Shown: positions 45,115 to 55,457, numbered from the stretch's first letter. The stretch is DNA of 64,000 bases from an uncultured Chloroflexia bacterium (GCA_963810095.1 CAWEMM010000006.1:1248001-1312000), one strand, 5' to 3'. A program made the numbers and translations. The notes: a model not told the origin generated them from the sequence alone.

Positions 45115-46487
45115 TTGCGGATTGCTGATGCGTTGAGAATTCGGCCCGGCGACGTCGTCACGCTGGTCGGCGGCGGCGGCAAGACGACCGTGATGTTCCG
45201 CCTGGCCGAGGAACTGACCGCGGCGGGGCTGACGGTGATCTCGACCATGACGACGAAGATCTTCGTCGGGCAGATGGAGCGCGCGCCGGCGAGCGTCCTG
45301 CTGCGCGAGGACGGGGGCGTTGGGGCCGAGCTCCCTGCGCTGCTGGCCGCTCGCCGCCACGTGCTTGTCGGCGGGCGCATCGGCGCGGACCGCGAGAAGG
45401 TCGAGGGCGTGCCCCCGGGGGTCGTCGACCGGCTCGCCGCTTCGCGGGCTCGCCGGCGTGATCATCGTCGAAGCCGACGGCTCGCGGCGCTTGCCCTTCA
45501 AAGCGCCGGCAGAGCACGAGCCCGTCGTGCCGAGCAGCACGACCGTCCTCGTGCCCCTGGTCGGGCTCGACGTGCTCGGTCAACCGCTCGACGCAGATCA
45601 TGTCCACCGGCCCGAGTTAGTCGCCGCGCTGGCCGGCGCCCCGCTCGATCGCCCGCTGACGCCTGAAACCGTCGCCCGGGTGCTGGGCCACGAACAGGGC
45701 GGCGCGAAGGGCCTGCCCCCCGGCGCCCGGCTCGTGCCCCTGCTCAACAAGGCGGACCTGGGGTTGGCCGGCGGCCCCGACCTGGCCCGCCGCCTCTTGC
45801 GCACCGGGCTACCAGACGAAGTCGTCCTTGCGGCAGCAGAAACGGGCGAGCCGGCCCGCGCTGTCTGGGGCAGGGTGGCTGCAGTCGTCCTGGCAGCGGG
45901 CGAGGGCCGGCGCTTTGGCGCGTTGAAGCAGGTGCTTCCCTGGCACGGCGTCCCGCTCGTAGCCCACGTCGCAGCGCAGGCGCAAGCCTGCCCGGAGATC
46001 ACCGACGTCCTGGTGACCACGGGCGCCCAGGCACACCTCGTCGATCAGGCACTGGCCTCGGGCGGGGAAGCGATGGCGGGGATTCCGAGAATACTCGTGG
46101 GGGATTGGCCCGAGGGCCAGAGTCGCAGCGTGCAGGCCGGCCTGGCGGCATGCCCAGGCTCGGGCGGGCGGCAAGTTGTCGGCGGCGCTGTTCCTGCTGG
46201 CCGACCAACCGGGGATTACCCCGCGGCTTCTCTCCGCGCTGGTTCAGCGCCACCGGGAGACGCTCGCCCCGATCGTCGCCCCCCGCTTTCAGGGCCGGCG
46301 CGGCAACCCGGTCCTCTTCGACCGCCGCACCTTCCCAGAGTTCGAGCAGTTGACCGGCGACGCCGGTGCGCGTTCGATCATTCGCAGGTACGAGGCCGAA
46401 ATTGCCTGGGTCGACTGGCCCACCGGCGAAATCCTGCGCGATATCGACACGCCGGACGACTACGCCGCAGCACAACGGAATGAGTAA
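45115..46487 (+). CDS. yqeC: YqeC (Se-dependent Mo hydroxylase accessory) fused to MocA-type nucleotidyltransferase (frameshifted)
   Basis: VGGGGKTT, TMTTKI, VEADGSRRLPFKAPAEHEPV, LNKAD, then in the same frame LAAGEGRRFG..KQ, ADQP, GNPVLF, GDAGAR, DIDTPDDY. Confidence 0.88.
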
Positions 46488-47252
46488 GCAATCTTTCGCG
46501 CACGTCTACGACGTGCTGTACGCGGGCCGAGCCCGGGCCTCGCGGCGCAAGTCGCCTTCATCCGCAAGACGCTCGGCCCGCCGCCGCGCCCGCTGCTCGA
46601 CCTGGGCTGCGGCACGGGCGCGCACCTTGCGCCGCTCGCCGGCGAGGGCTACTCCGTCGCCGGCATCGACGTCGACCCGCTCATGCTCCGGAAGGCCCGG
46701 GCCAAGCTGCCCGCCGCCCGGTTAGCGCTGGCCGACCTGCGCCGGCTGCCTTTCGCCGGGGCCTTTGGCGGCGCGCTGTGCCTGGAATCGCCGCTGGCGT
46801 ACCTGCTCGACGACGGCGCCCTGGACGCCGCGCTCAAGGGGATCCGCCGGGTGTTGGAGCGCGATGCCCGCCTCCTGATCGACGTTTACGACTACTTGGG
46901 CACATTCGGCGCCGGCGGACTGGCCCCGCAAGCGGCTCGGTTCGAGTCAGACGGGATGCAGCTGCTGGTACGCGAGTCGCATGGCTATGAGAAGCGGGCG
47001 CGGCTATGGACGATGCGCCAGCAGTTCGAGGTGGAGGAAGCCGGCGAGCGATTCGGGTTCGAGGTAGTCCACCGCCTGCGCATGCGGACGCTGGACGAGT
47101 ACGCGGCGGCACTGGAGGCAGCCGGGTTTGTCGTGCTTGAGGCTCTGCCGGCCTACCCCCATGCGCCCGCCGGACTAGACGAGCGGCGCCTGATCCTCGT
47201 GGGGCGCTGCAAGGCGGCGCAGCCCGATCAAGGCCAGGACGGCGGCGCCTAA
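46480..47252 (+). CDS. Class I SAM-dependent methyltransferase (frameshifted)
   Basis: LLDLGCGTG in the N-terminal frame, GIDVDPLML, ADLRRLP. Confidence 0.8.
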
Positions 47253-47927
47253 CCCCAGCACCTGTTCGAGCCGCAGCCCCCCGAGCACCGCGGCGGCCAC
47301 TTCAGGTGCGCGGAACGCCCCGACCAGCCACGTGACCAGCCCCCAACCCAGCAGCCCGATCAGCGCGGGCACACCTCGGCGGCTCCCCGCCCGGATCACG
47401 CTCAGCACGAACAACGCCACGGCGAGCAGCCCTAGTGCCTCGTAGATCTGCACCGGGTGGCGGCGCACGCCCCACAGGTCGACCGACCAGGGCAGGGCCG
47501 CAGGTGCACCGGGGTTGCGGCCGGCCAACAGCGCGCCAAAAGCTGCGATCGCCAGCCCCACCAACAGGCCGGGTGCAAACGCATCGAGGACGGCCCCGAG
47601 CGGCAGCCGGCGGCGGTAGATATACCAGCCCGCAACCGCTGCTGCTGCGATCACCCCCGGCCACAGCAGAAACGCGGTCGTGTTGAAGCCGAAGATCTCC
47701 AGCGGCTGAGCGCGGTACGCGGGCCAGAACGCAATGACGTGGGCGAATCGGGCAGCCAACACCCCCGCAACCAGCCCGTAGAGCCCTGCATTGTAGATGT
47801 CGTCGTCCTCGATGCCGACCCAACGTGCCGCGCGCGCGCTGACCGCCAGCGCAGCCCACCCCGCAAGGACGAGGGTCAACGCGTATGTCTGGATGGCGAG
47901 TGGACCGATCTGAAGCACCGGCAGCAT
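47175..47927 (-). CDS. Prolipoprotein diacylglyceryl transferase (Lgt)-like membrane protein, divergent
   Basis: MLPVLQIGPLAIQTYAL, ARFAHV, LDAFAP, LPWSV, RHPVQIYE; canonical GRIGNF motif not conserved. Confidence 0.75.
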   Translation of the reverse strand: MLPVLQIGPLAIQTYALTLVLAGWAALAVSARAARWVGIEDDDIYNAGLYGLVAGVLAARFAHVIAFWPAYRAQPLEIFGFNTTAFLLWPGVIAAAAVAGWYIYRRRLPLGAVLDAFAPGLLVGLAIAAFGALLAGRNPGAPAALPWSVDLWGVRRHPVQIYEALGLLAVALFVLSVIRAGSRRGVPALIGLLGWGLVTWLVGAFRAPEVAAAVLGGLRLEQVLGLGAAVLALIGLRRLAAPHEDQAPLV

Positions 47928-48056
47928 ACTAAGTTCCCGTCTCTGACGCACGGCAAATCCGCGTCGAAAACAACAATTGGACCTCGGGGGTATTTACCCT
48001 CGGCGACGCTGAGGCGGCCTCCGAGGGCTCACCCATAGATGCTAAGCTGGTTACGG

Positions 48057-48594
48057 CTAGGGGTACACCTTGCGCAGGTGCTGCGCCAGCGTGGCCTCCG
48101 TTCAGCGCGCCGATCTGCATCTCGCGTATCACGCCGTCCCGGTCGATAAAGAAAGTGGTCGGCAGGCTGCGGACGCTGTATGCGCGGCTCACGTCCATCT
48201 TCTCGTCCAGCGGAATCGGGAATGTGAGGCCCATCTGCTCCGCAAAGGTCTTGACCTCGGCGGGCGTCTCCCCCTGGTTCAGGCCGACGAACGCCACCTG
48301 TCCCGCCAGCCGTTCGCTTCCGGCTTGCAGCTCGGGCAGCTCGGCCCGGCACGGGGGACACCATGTCGCCCAGAAGTTGAGGACCACGGGCGTGCCGCGC
48401 AGCGCCGACAGCTTGAACGACTTGCCGCTCGTGTCGGTGACCGTGAAGTCTGGCGCCGGGTGCCCGACGGCAGGCGCGGGCGGCAATGCGCCCCCCGCTG
48501 CGGCCGCGCCCGAGGGCAGCCGGTTCACCCAAATCCAGGCCCCGCCGGCCAGGAAGACGATCAGGATCAGGACATTCCAGCGCGTTCGTGTCAC
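48057..48594 (-). CDS. TlpA/ResA-family thiol-disulfide oxidoreductase
   Basis: N-terminal TM anchor, APDFT, LNFWATWCPPC, LPTTFFIDRDG; frameshift near the 3' end, probable stop TAG at 48057. Confidence 0.9.
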
Positions 48595-48699
48595 TCTATA
48601 TCACTCCGTGGCTGTTAGAGTGCGCGCCGCGCCAGGACGTTACAGAAACCGGCCCCGAGCAGCCCGACGAGCAAGATACCGGGTTTTCTGGTTCGAGTG

Positions 48700-49786
48700 C
48701 TATTTCCCCTCCGCGCCGAGCAGCTCCAACGCCGACGCGATGACCTCCTCCGGCCGCACCTTGTCGACGAACGACTCACGGTGCTCGCAGGGATCGTAGA
48801 TGGTGTTCCGGCCGCACAGCGGGCAATCGAGCCGCCAGGACAGGTGGGGCCGGTGGCGGCTGCGCATCAGCGACCCCGCATTGATCAGGTTGCCGGCCCA
48901 ATAGATGCCCACCGCCGGCGCACCCACCGCGCCCGCTATGTGCAGCGGGCCCGAGTCGTTCGAGACGACTACCTTGCACCGGGACAGCAGGGCGGCCAGC
49001 CCGCCGACCGACAGCCTCCCGCTCAGGTCGACGGCAGGCGCGCGGATCTTCGCGGCAACCGTTCTCGTGATCGGTTCCTCGTTGCCGGCGCCGGTCAGGA
49101 CGACGCGCGCACCCGCGGCGGCCAGCGCGTCGCCGACCACCGCGAAGTTCTCGGGCGCCCATTGCCGCCACGGATCTCCCACGCCCGGGTGCATGGCCGC
49201 CAGGGTCTCGCTCGTTTCGGGCAACACCCCGTAGCTCTCGACGAAATCCGCCTCGGTGAGCGCCAGCCGCGGCTCGAGGCCGACCGGGACCGCACCGACC
49301 AACCCGGCGACCTCCAACAGGCGGGCGATTTCGTGCTGCCAGTAGATGTAGGGCAGCGTGAAGTCGAGGCGCGGGGCATCCGGGGTCGCGGAACCCGCCG
49401 TCAGCCGCGCCCCGAGTTGGAGCAAGAAACGGGTTCGTATTCCGGCCGCCCCCGTGCATTTGCAGGGCCAGGTCGAACCGCTCGCGACACATCGCCTCGA
49501 AGAACGCGCCCAGCACGGCCGGCGAATCCTCCTGGTCCGGGTCTTCCCGATCCTCTCGCACGCCCCGCTTGCGGGGCACGACCACGACCCGGTCTACCGG
49601 GCCGGGCCGCCCGGTCAGAAATCGCTGGTGCCAGGGCTGCCCCAACAGCACGATCTCGGCATGCGGGTACGCTGCCCGCAGCGCTTCGAGCGCGGGCAGT
49701 GCAAAGATGAAGTCGCCGATGGCGTTGGCGCGCAGCACGGCGATCTTGCCGATGTCCTCCAGAGGCTGCCGTCCGTTTCCGTTCAT
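48700..49786 (-). CDS. Glycosyltransferase family 9 (heptosyltransferase-like) 1 (frameshift near 49425)
   Basis: RANAIGDFIFALPAL, MHPGVG..RQW, DLSGRL, SNDSGPLHIA. Confidence 0.9.
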
Positions 49787-49844
49787 ACGCTCGTCCCCAG
49801 CACGCAGGACCCGGGGGTGAGCTCTCTACGTGCTTGCGATTCAG

Positions 49845-50195
49845 TTACTCCTCGGCCGGTTCTCCCGGCGTCGGCACGGGCGGCTCGTTGCCGATGCTGC
49901 CAAACCCGGTGTCGCCGTAACCGCCCGTCACGCCCGGGTCAGTGTCGCTGCCCAGCCCGCCGGTCTCCGCCCGCTCGGTCGGGGCCCTGCCCGCCGCCAT
50001 GCGTGCGGCGTTGCCTAACACTTCCCACACGTACTCCGGGGCCAGCCGCCGGTCGTTTGCGATCTCGTAGACGGGCTTCCCGTCCAGCGCATCGCGCACG
50101 ATGTCGCCCTGGTCGCCCGGCAGCGTCTCGGCCAGGCCGGGCAGCTGCTCCAGCTGATCCACGAGTCGTTTCAGTTGTTCGTCGCTTGATGGCAT
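49845..50195 (-). CDS. Hypothetical 116-aa protein with possible sigma-region-4-like HTH and Gly/acidic tail
   Basis: LPGDQGDIVRDALDGKPVYEIANDRRLAPEYVWEVLGNA; GGGGGA upstream; co-oriented within the operon. Confidence 0.6.
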   Translation of the reverse strand: MPSSDEQLKRLVDQLEQLPGLAETLPGDQGDIVRDALDGKPVYEIANDRRLAPEYVWEVLGNAARMAAGRAPTERAETGGLGSDTDPGVTGGYGDTGFGSIGNEPPVPTPGEPAEE

Positions 50196-50226
50196 CTCTT
50201 CCCCCCAACCTCTGATCCACTGCACC

Positions 50227-51069
50227 CTACAGTCCCAAGACCTTCGGCGCATCGACCTGGCGGTCGGTCACCGTGGTCGGAAGCTCCATGTGATACGCGC
50301 CCGAAGGCACCACCCCGCAGCCCCCGTATTTCGCCATGAGCCGCATCTGGACAAGCACGTCCTCGCCCGCGTGCTCGGCCGGCAGTTGCTTCCAAAACGA
50401 GTAGCCGCCCACTTCCCGCAGCTTCGCCGTGTCGTACAGCGCACACGCGCCCACCCACGCCACCTTGTACTTGCGCGGGTGGTCCGGGTCGATTCCCAGG
50501 CGCTGCTGGATGTGGTACATGTTCGCCGCGTTGTGCAGCCGCCAGCGCTCCCAACCGTGCCCCTCGGGGACGATGGTTTCGGGGCGCACCGGCCCCTCCC
50601 AAAACTCGATCGCCTGCTCGTGCGGACGGACATCGTCGACAAAGCTCAGCCCGATGACGGCGCTGCCGACAAACCCGATGCCCTCCTCCCGGATGGCCGC
50701 TAACAGGTTGCGGATCAGCCACGGCTCGAGGATCAGGTCGTCGTCGAGAAACAGCGCGTACGGCGCGGTGACCTGGTCGAGCAGGAACTGCCGCTGCTCG
50801 GCCATGCCACGCCGCGGCAGGTGTTTGACCACTCGCACCTCGTTGCCATGTGCCTCCAACACCCGCACGGCCGCCCGCACCTCGCCCACATCGGCCGCGT
50901 CCAGCTCCTCGGTCTGGTCCGAGACAATGACGCGAAAATCGGTAAACGTCTGGCCGCACAGGCTGGTCAGCGTGATGGCCAGGGCCGGCGCCCGGTTGAA
51001 CGTCGGAATCAGGACATCGACCGTCCGCCGCCTGGACTCGGACCCCTCCGCATTTACTGCCGCGGTCAT
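50227..51069 (-). CDS. Glycosyltransferase family 2
   Basis: VLIPTFNR, VSDQ, LFLDDD, GEDV; ATGA overlap with the upstream GT9. Confidence 0.88.
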   Translation of the reverse strand: MTAAVNAEGSESRRRTVDVLIPTFNRAPALAITLTSLCGQTFTDFRVIVSDQTEELDAADVGEVRAAVRVLEAHGNEVRVVKHLPRRGMAEQRQFLLDQVTAPYALFLDDDLILEPWLIRNLLAAIREEGIGFVGSAVIGLSFVDDVRPHEQAIEFWEGPVRPETIVPEGHGWERWRLHNAANMYHIQQRLGIDPDHPRKYKVAWVGACALYDTAKLREVGGYSFWKQLPAEHAGEDVLVQMRLMAKYGGCGVVPSGAYHMELPTTVTDRQVDAPKVLGL

Positions 51070-52315
51070 CGTGCCTCCAGCCCTTGCTCGGCGGCCACCG
51101 TCGCTCCTGTCGCAGCCGGGGCAGCCGCTTCCCCCAGCGTAGGGCTCCCGTCCTCGCGGCGGTCGATCTCCGTGCCCCGGGCCGCGTGCAGAAACGGGAG
51201 CGCGGCCTCGACAATGCGGTCCGGCGCCACCAACCGCAAACAGTTGTTGTGCACCAGCGGACACGTGCTCTTGTAGCAAAACTTGCACGGCACGTCGTGG
51301 AACAAGACCTTGCTTGGGGTCAGCCACGGCGTGTGCTGTGGGTTCGTCAAGGCATAGAGCACGACCACCGGCGTCCCCAGCCCTGCGGCCATGTGCACGG
51401 GCCCCGTGTTGTTCGAGATCAGCAGCGGGGCAAGCTGTAACAGGGCCGCCATCTCTTCGATGTCGAGCAGGCCCGCCAGGTCGACCACCCGGGCCTGAGG
51501 CGACGCGCCTTCCGCCTCGAGCAGCGCCCGGAGATGCTCGACCAGCTCGATCTCGTCCCGCGACCCGGTCAGTACCACCTGCGCGCCCGCCTCGTGCATC
51601 AGCCGGCGAACCGCGACGGCGAACTGCTCGGGCAGATAGCGCCGGGAAGCCGCGGTCGCGCCGGGATGGAGCACCAGCCAGGGCTTGCCGAAGTCCAGCC
51701 CCGCGGCCCTGAGCAGGCCCACCACTTTTTCCGACGCAGCCGCGGGAGGATGAACCGAGATGTGCTCGTCCGCAGGCCGCGCGCCCACGGTCGCCACCAG
51801 GTCAAGCTGCCGCCGCACCTCGTGTCGAAGATCCTGCTCGGGCTCGACGTCCTTCACCCAGTTCGTCAGCAGTTGATACGGGTTTTCGCGGCAGTGCGCC
51901 AGGCGCAGCGGAATCTCGGCGAGGTAAACAGGAACGCGGCCGGCAGTGGGTTCTGGCTGAAGACCGTGAAGATGACGGCCGCGTCGAAGCTGCGGCGGCG
52001 CAGCTGCTCGGCCATGGCATACTCTGCCAGCGGCCCGACGCCCCCGGCGCTGCTGTGCTTCATCCACGGCGCCTCGTAGACGATGACCTCGTCGATCTCG
52101 GGCGCCAGCCGGGCCGCCGCCGCGCCCCGGACGGCGACGTCAACAGCGTGATGCGCCGGCCGGGCGCCCCGACGCTCGGGGTGCTTCCTTAAGCGCCCGG
52201 ATCGCGGGCGTGGTCATCAGGACGTCGCCGAGGCTGTCCAGGCGGACACACAACACATTCCGGGCCTCATCCCAGCCCGGGGGCGCCCGGCGCCGGCAGT
52301 GCTGAGGCTTCCCAT
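51066..52315 (-). CDS. Glycosyltransferase family 9 (WaaF-like) 2 (frameshifted)
   Basis: CVRLDSLGDVLMTTPA in the N-terminal frame, VLHPGATAASRRY, ISNNTGPVHMAA, ALTNPQHTPW. Confidence 0.88.
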
Positions 52316-52328
52316 CGTCACACCCTCG

Positions 52329-53875
52329 CTAGCCGTCAACGGAAGCCGCCTCGCCCTGTTTCGCGCGGATTTCGGGCGTCAGCTCGATCGGGAACGAGTA
52401 GGACTCCTGGGTTCGTGCATCGTGGAGGATGCGGCTGATCATCCCGGTCGTCGAACGGTTCTCGATATACGGCAGAATCTGCACCGAGCCGCCGTACGCC
52501 TCGACCACCGCTGCCTCGGGCAGCGTCTCCGGGTGTAGTCGCCGCCCTTGACGAAGATGTCGGGTTGCAGGATTTCCAGCAGCCCGGCCGGCGTCTGCTC
52601 GTCGAACGAGATCAGGAAGTCGACGCTGCTCAGGCCGGCCAGCACCTGCAGCCGGTCCTCCAGCCCGTTGATCGGTCGGGTCGGACCCTTAAGCCGCTGG
52701 ACGCTTTCGTCCGTGTTCACCGCCACCACCAGCACGTCGCCCAGGGCCTTGGCCTGGTTGAGATACGTGATGTGGCCGCGGTGCAGGATGTCGAAGCACC
52801 CGTTGGTAAACACGACCCGGCGGCACCCGGTCCGCTCCTGCGCCAGCCGTTCGGCCAGCCGGTGTGCGTCGGCGTAGTATTTGTCGCCGCCCAGGAAGAA
52901 CGACTTTAGCTCGTCGACCGTGCAGGTGGTGGTGCCGGGCTTGGAGACCACGATACGGGCAGCGGCCTGTGCAATCTCCGCCGCATCCTCGGTCCCTGCG
53001 CCGGCCAGCAGCGACAGCGCGAGCGCGCTCACGAACGTATCGCCCGCGCCGGCCGCCTTCGAGTCCGGCTGCGCATCCGAGTAGGTGCGGTACGGCGCGT
53101 TGCCCCGTTCACACACCAGCGCGCCCTCGGTGTCCAGCGTAATCGCCGCAATCTGCGCGCCCGTCATTTCGAGCATCCGGTCGGCGTGCGGTGCGATCTG
53201 TTCGGCCCGCGCACACGCGCCTTCCAGCTTGGGCAGGCCCAGCAGCTTGACCGCTTCGCCGTAGTTCGGCTTGACCGCGGTCACGCCGAGCGCCTGGTAG
53301 CGCGTCAGGTTCCTGGCGTCCACCGTCATGATCTTCGGATACCACGCCTGGAGGTCTTCCAACGCTTCCAGCACCCGCGGCGTCAGCACGCCATAACCGT
53401 AGTCCGAGACGATCACCCCGTCCACGTCCGGGAAGAGCTGTCCCAGCCGCTCGATGAGGGTCGCCTCGCTCTCCGCATTGATCGGGCCCGTGTCGCCCTG
53501 GTCGAAGCGCACGAGCATCTGCCCCCCCGCCGACACCCGCCGCTTGGCCAGGGTGCGCCGGCCGTGTTCGACCACCACGTGCTGGGTGTCGACCCCACGC
53601 GCCTCGAGCACGCTGTGCAGCAGGTGTCCGTCCTCGTCGTCGCCCGCGACGGAAAGGAATGTGACCCGGCCGCCCAGGGTTGCCACGTTCACGGCCGTGT
53701 TAGCCGCGCCGCCGCCCGCGTCCTTGCGGTCGGTCACCGTCACCACCGGCACCGGCGCCTCGCGTGACAGCCGGTCCGTATAGCCGTCCAGATAACTATC
53801 CAACATCGCCTCGCCGATCACCAGTACGTGCAAATTGGCGAACCGATGCGTCAGGTCCAGTATCCCCGCATTCAT
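52329..53875 (-). CDS. hldE: Bifunctional heptose 7-phosphate kinase / heptose 1-phosphate adenylyltransferase
   Basis: RLSREAPVPV, GGAANTAVN, VSDYGYG, GAGDTF; FTNGCFDILHRGH, NTDESVQRLKG..RP, VKGGDY; frameshift near the 3' end so the stop is approximate. Confidence 0.92.
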
Positions 53876-53898
53876 ACTATCTTCCTTTTGAACCCGAA

Positions 53899-53991
53899 AT
53901 GGAACGCAGATTGAACTGATGCAACTGATGAACCGGATCCTTGCTTTTTGGATCAGGCGCACCCGCCCGGTCAGTCAAATCAGCGTCCCAT
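53899..53991. repeat. Periodic palindrome family B
   Basis: ATGGAACGCAGATTGAACTGATGCAACTGATG...GTCAGTCAAATCAGCGTCCCAT between gmhB and hldE. Confidence 0.75.
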
Positions 53992-53996
53992 CTCGC

Positions 53997-54665
53997 TCAC
54001 ACCTTCACGCCCTCTACGAGCAAAATCCGTTCGGCAGCGGCCCCCAGGTCGGGGGCGACGAAATCCGGCCGCCGCTCCGCGCTCAGCTCCCACTCCGTCT
54101 CATTGCCGTTGTCCAGCAGAATCGTCCGGCAGCCTGCCCGGCGGCCGGCCTCGACATCATTCAGGATGTCCCCGATCAGCCACGACCGCTGCAGGTCGAC
54201 GCCGTGCTCGCGGGCCGCTGCCAGAATCATCCCCGGCGCCGGCTTGCGACAAGCACATGCAATGGCGTACTCGGGAACGCTGCCCTCGGGATGGTGCGGG
54301 CAGGTGTAGAAGCCATCCAGCCGCACATCCCACTCTGCCAGCAGCGCATCCAGCCGCTCGGCTACGCGGGCCAGCGCCGCCTCAGGGAACAGCCCCCGCG
54401 CGACGCCCGACTGGTTCGACACGACGATCAGCTTGAAGCCGGCATCCCGCAGGCTGCGCAGCGCCTCGCCTGCGCCGGGCGTCAGCCGGATCAGCGCAGG
54501 GTCGACGTTGAACGGCACATCCTCGATCAGCGTCCCGTCCTTGTCGAGAAACACCGCGGGTGCACGTTCAACACAAGGACACAAAGACGCGAGGACTTTC
54601 CGAGTATTCTCTGCGGTGCCCTGGGCCATGGTGCCTTTGTGCCTTTGTGTTATTTGCTCGCTCAC
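53997..54665 (-). CDS. gmhB: D-glycero-D-manno-heptose 1,7-bisphosphate phosphatase (HAD-IIIA)
   Basis: FLDKDGTL, VSNQSGVARG, CPHHP...CACRKPAPG, IGDILND. Confidence 0.92.
   Translation of the reverse strand: MSEQITQRHKGTMAQGTAENTRKVLASLCPCVERAPAVFLDKDGTLIEDVPFNVDPALIRLTPGAGEALRSLRDAGFKLIVVSNQSGVARGLFPEAALARVAERLDALLAEWDVRLDGFYTCPHHPEGSVPEYAIACACRKPAPGMILAAAREHGVDLQRSWLIGDILNDVEAGRRAGCRTILLDNGNETEWELSAERRPDFVAPDLGAAAERILLVEGVKV
54570..54651. repeat. Periodic palindrome family A within the 5' end of gmhB
   Basis: AACACAAGGACACAAAGACGCGAGG...GTGCCTTTGTGCCTTTGTGTT. Confidence 0.82.
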
Positions 54666-55387
54666 GGCCAGCTGGTCTCCCGCATGGGGAGAACCATGAT
54701 CTCGGAGATCACGGTCTCTTCGGGCTGCGTGAGCACGAAGCGCACCGTCGCGGCTACGTTCTTCGGATCCTGCAGGTTGTTCACGTCAATGTCGGGGAAG
54801 CGGTCGAGCAGGAACGCCGTCTTCATGCCCCCTGCGATCACTGCGGTCACCTTGATGTTCGCCGGGCGGCCTTCGGCATGGAGCGCATAGGACAGCCCCA
54901 GCAGGCCCCACTTGCTCGCATGGTAGACCGAGGCGTTAGGCCACGCCCGCTTGGCTGCGGTCGACACGATGTTGACCATCTGGCCGCGGCCCTGCTGCTT
55001 GAAATGCGGGAAACCGTACTTGGCCATCAGGAACGGGCCGCGCAGGTTCACGTCCATGACCAGGTCCCAGTCCTTCGTTTCCAGTTCGTCCACGGGCAGC
55101 GTAACGTCGGTGCCCGCGTTGTTCACGATCACGTCCAGCTTGCCGTGCTTCTCGACGATCTGCGCCAGCGCGGCCTTCACGCTGCCCTCGTCGGTCACGT
55201 CCAGCCGCACGGCCTCGGCTTGTTGTCCCTGGCCGCAAAGGTCATCAACGACCTTCTGCGCCAACTCCGTGCGGATATCGCCCACGATCACGGTCGCGCC
55301 CGCCTCGGCCAGCACCCGGCTAATCTGTTCACCCAGCCCGCGCCCGCCGCCCGTCACCACGACGACCTTACCCTGAATCCCTTCCAT
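54662..55387 (-). CDS. Classical short-chain dehydrogenase/reductase
   Basis: TGGGRGLG, NNAG, catalytic S and YHASK. Confidence 0.92.
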   Translation of the reverse strand: MEGIQGKVVVVTGGGRGLGEQISRVLAEAGATVIVGDIRTELAQKVVDDLCGQGQQAEAVRLDVTDEGSVKAALAQIVEKHGKLDVIVNNAGTDVTLPVDELETKDWDLVMDVNLRGPFLMAKYGFPHFKQQGRGQMVNIVSTAAKRAWPNASVYHASKWGLLGLSYALHAEGRPANIKVTAVIAGGMKTAFLLDRFPDIDVNNLQDPKNVAATVRFVLTQPEETVISEIMVLPMRETSWP

Positions 55388-55457
55388 CTCTTCCTCCCAC
55401 CATCTGCTCTTCTACGTAGCGGCACACAGCGTTGCTCGTGCGCCGCCACGTAGAACA

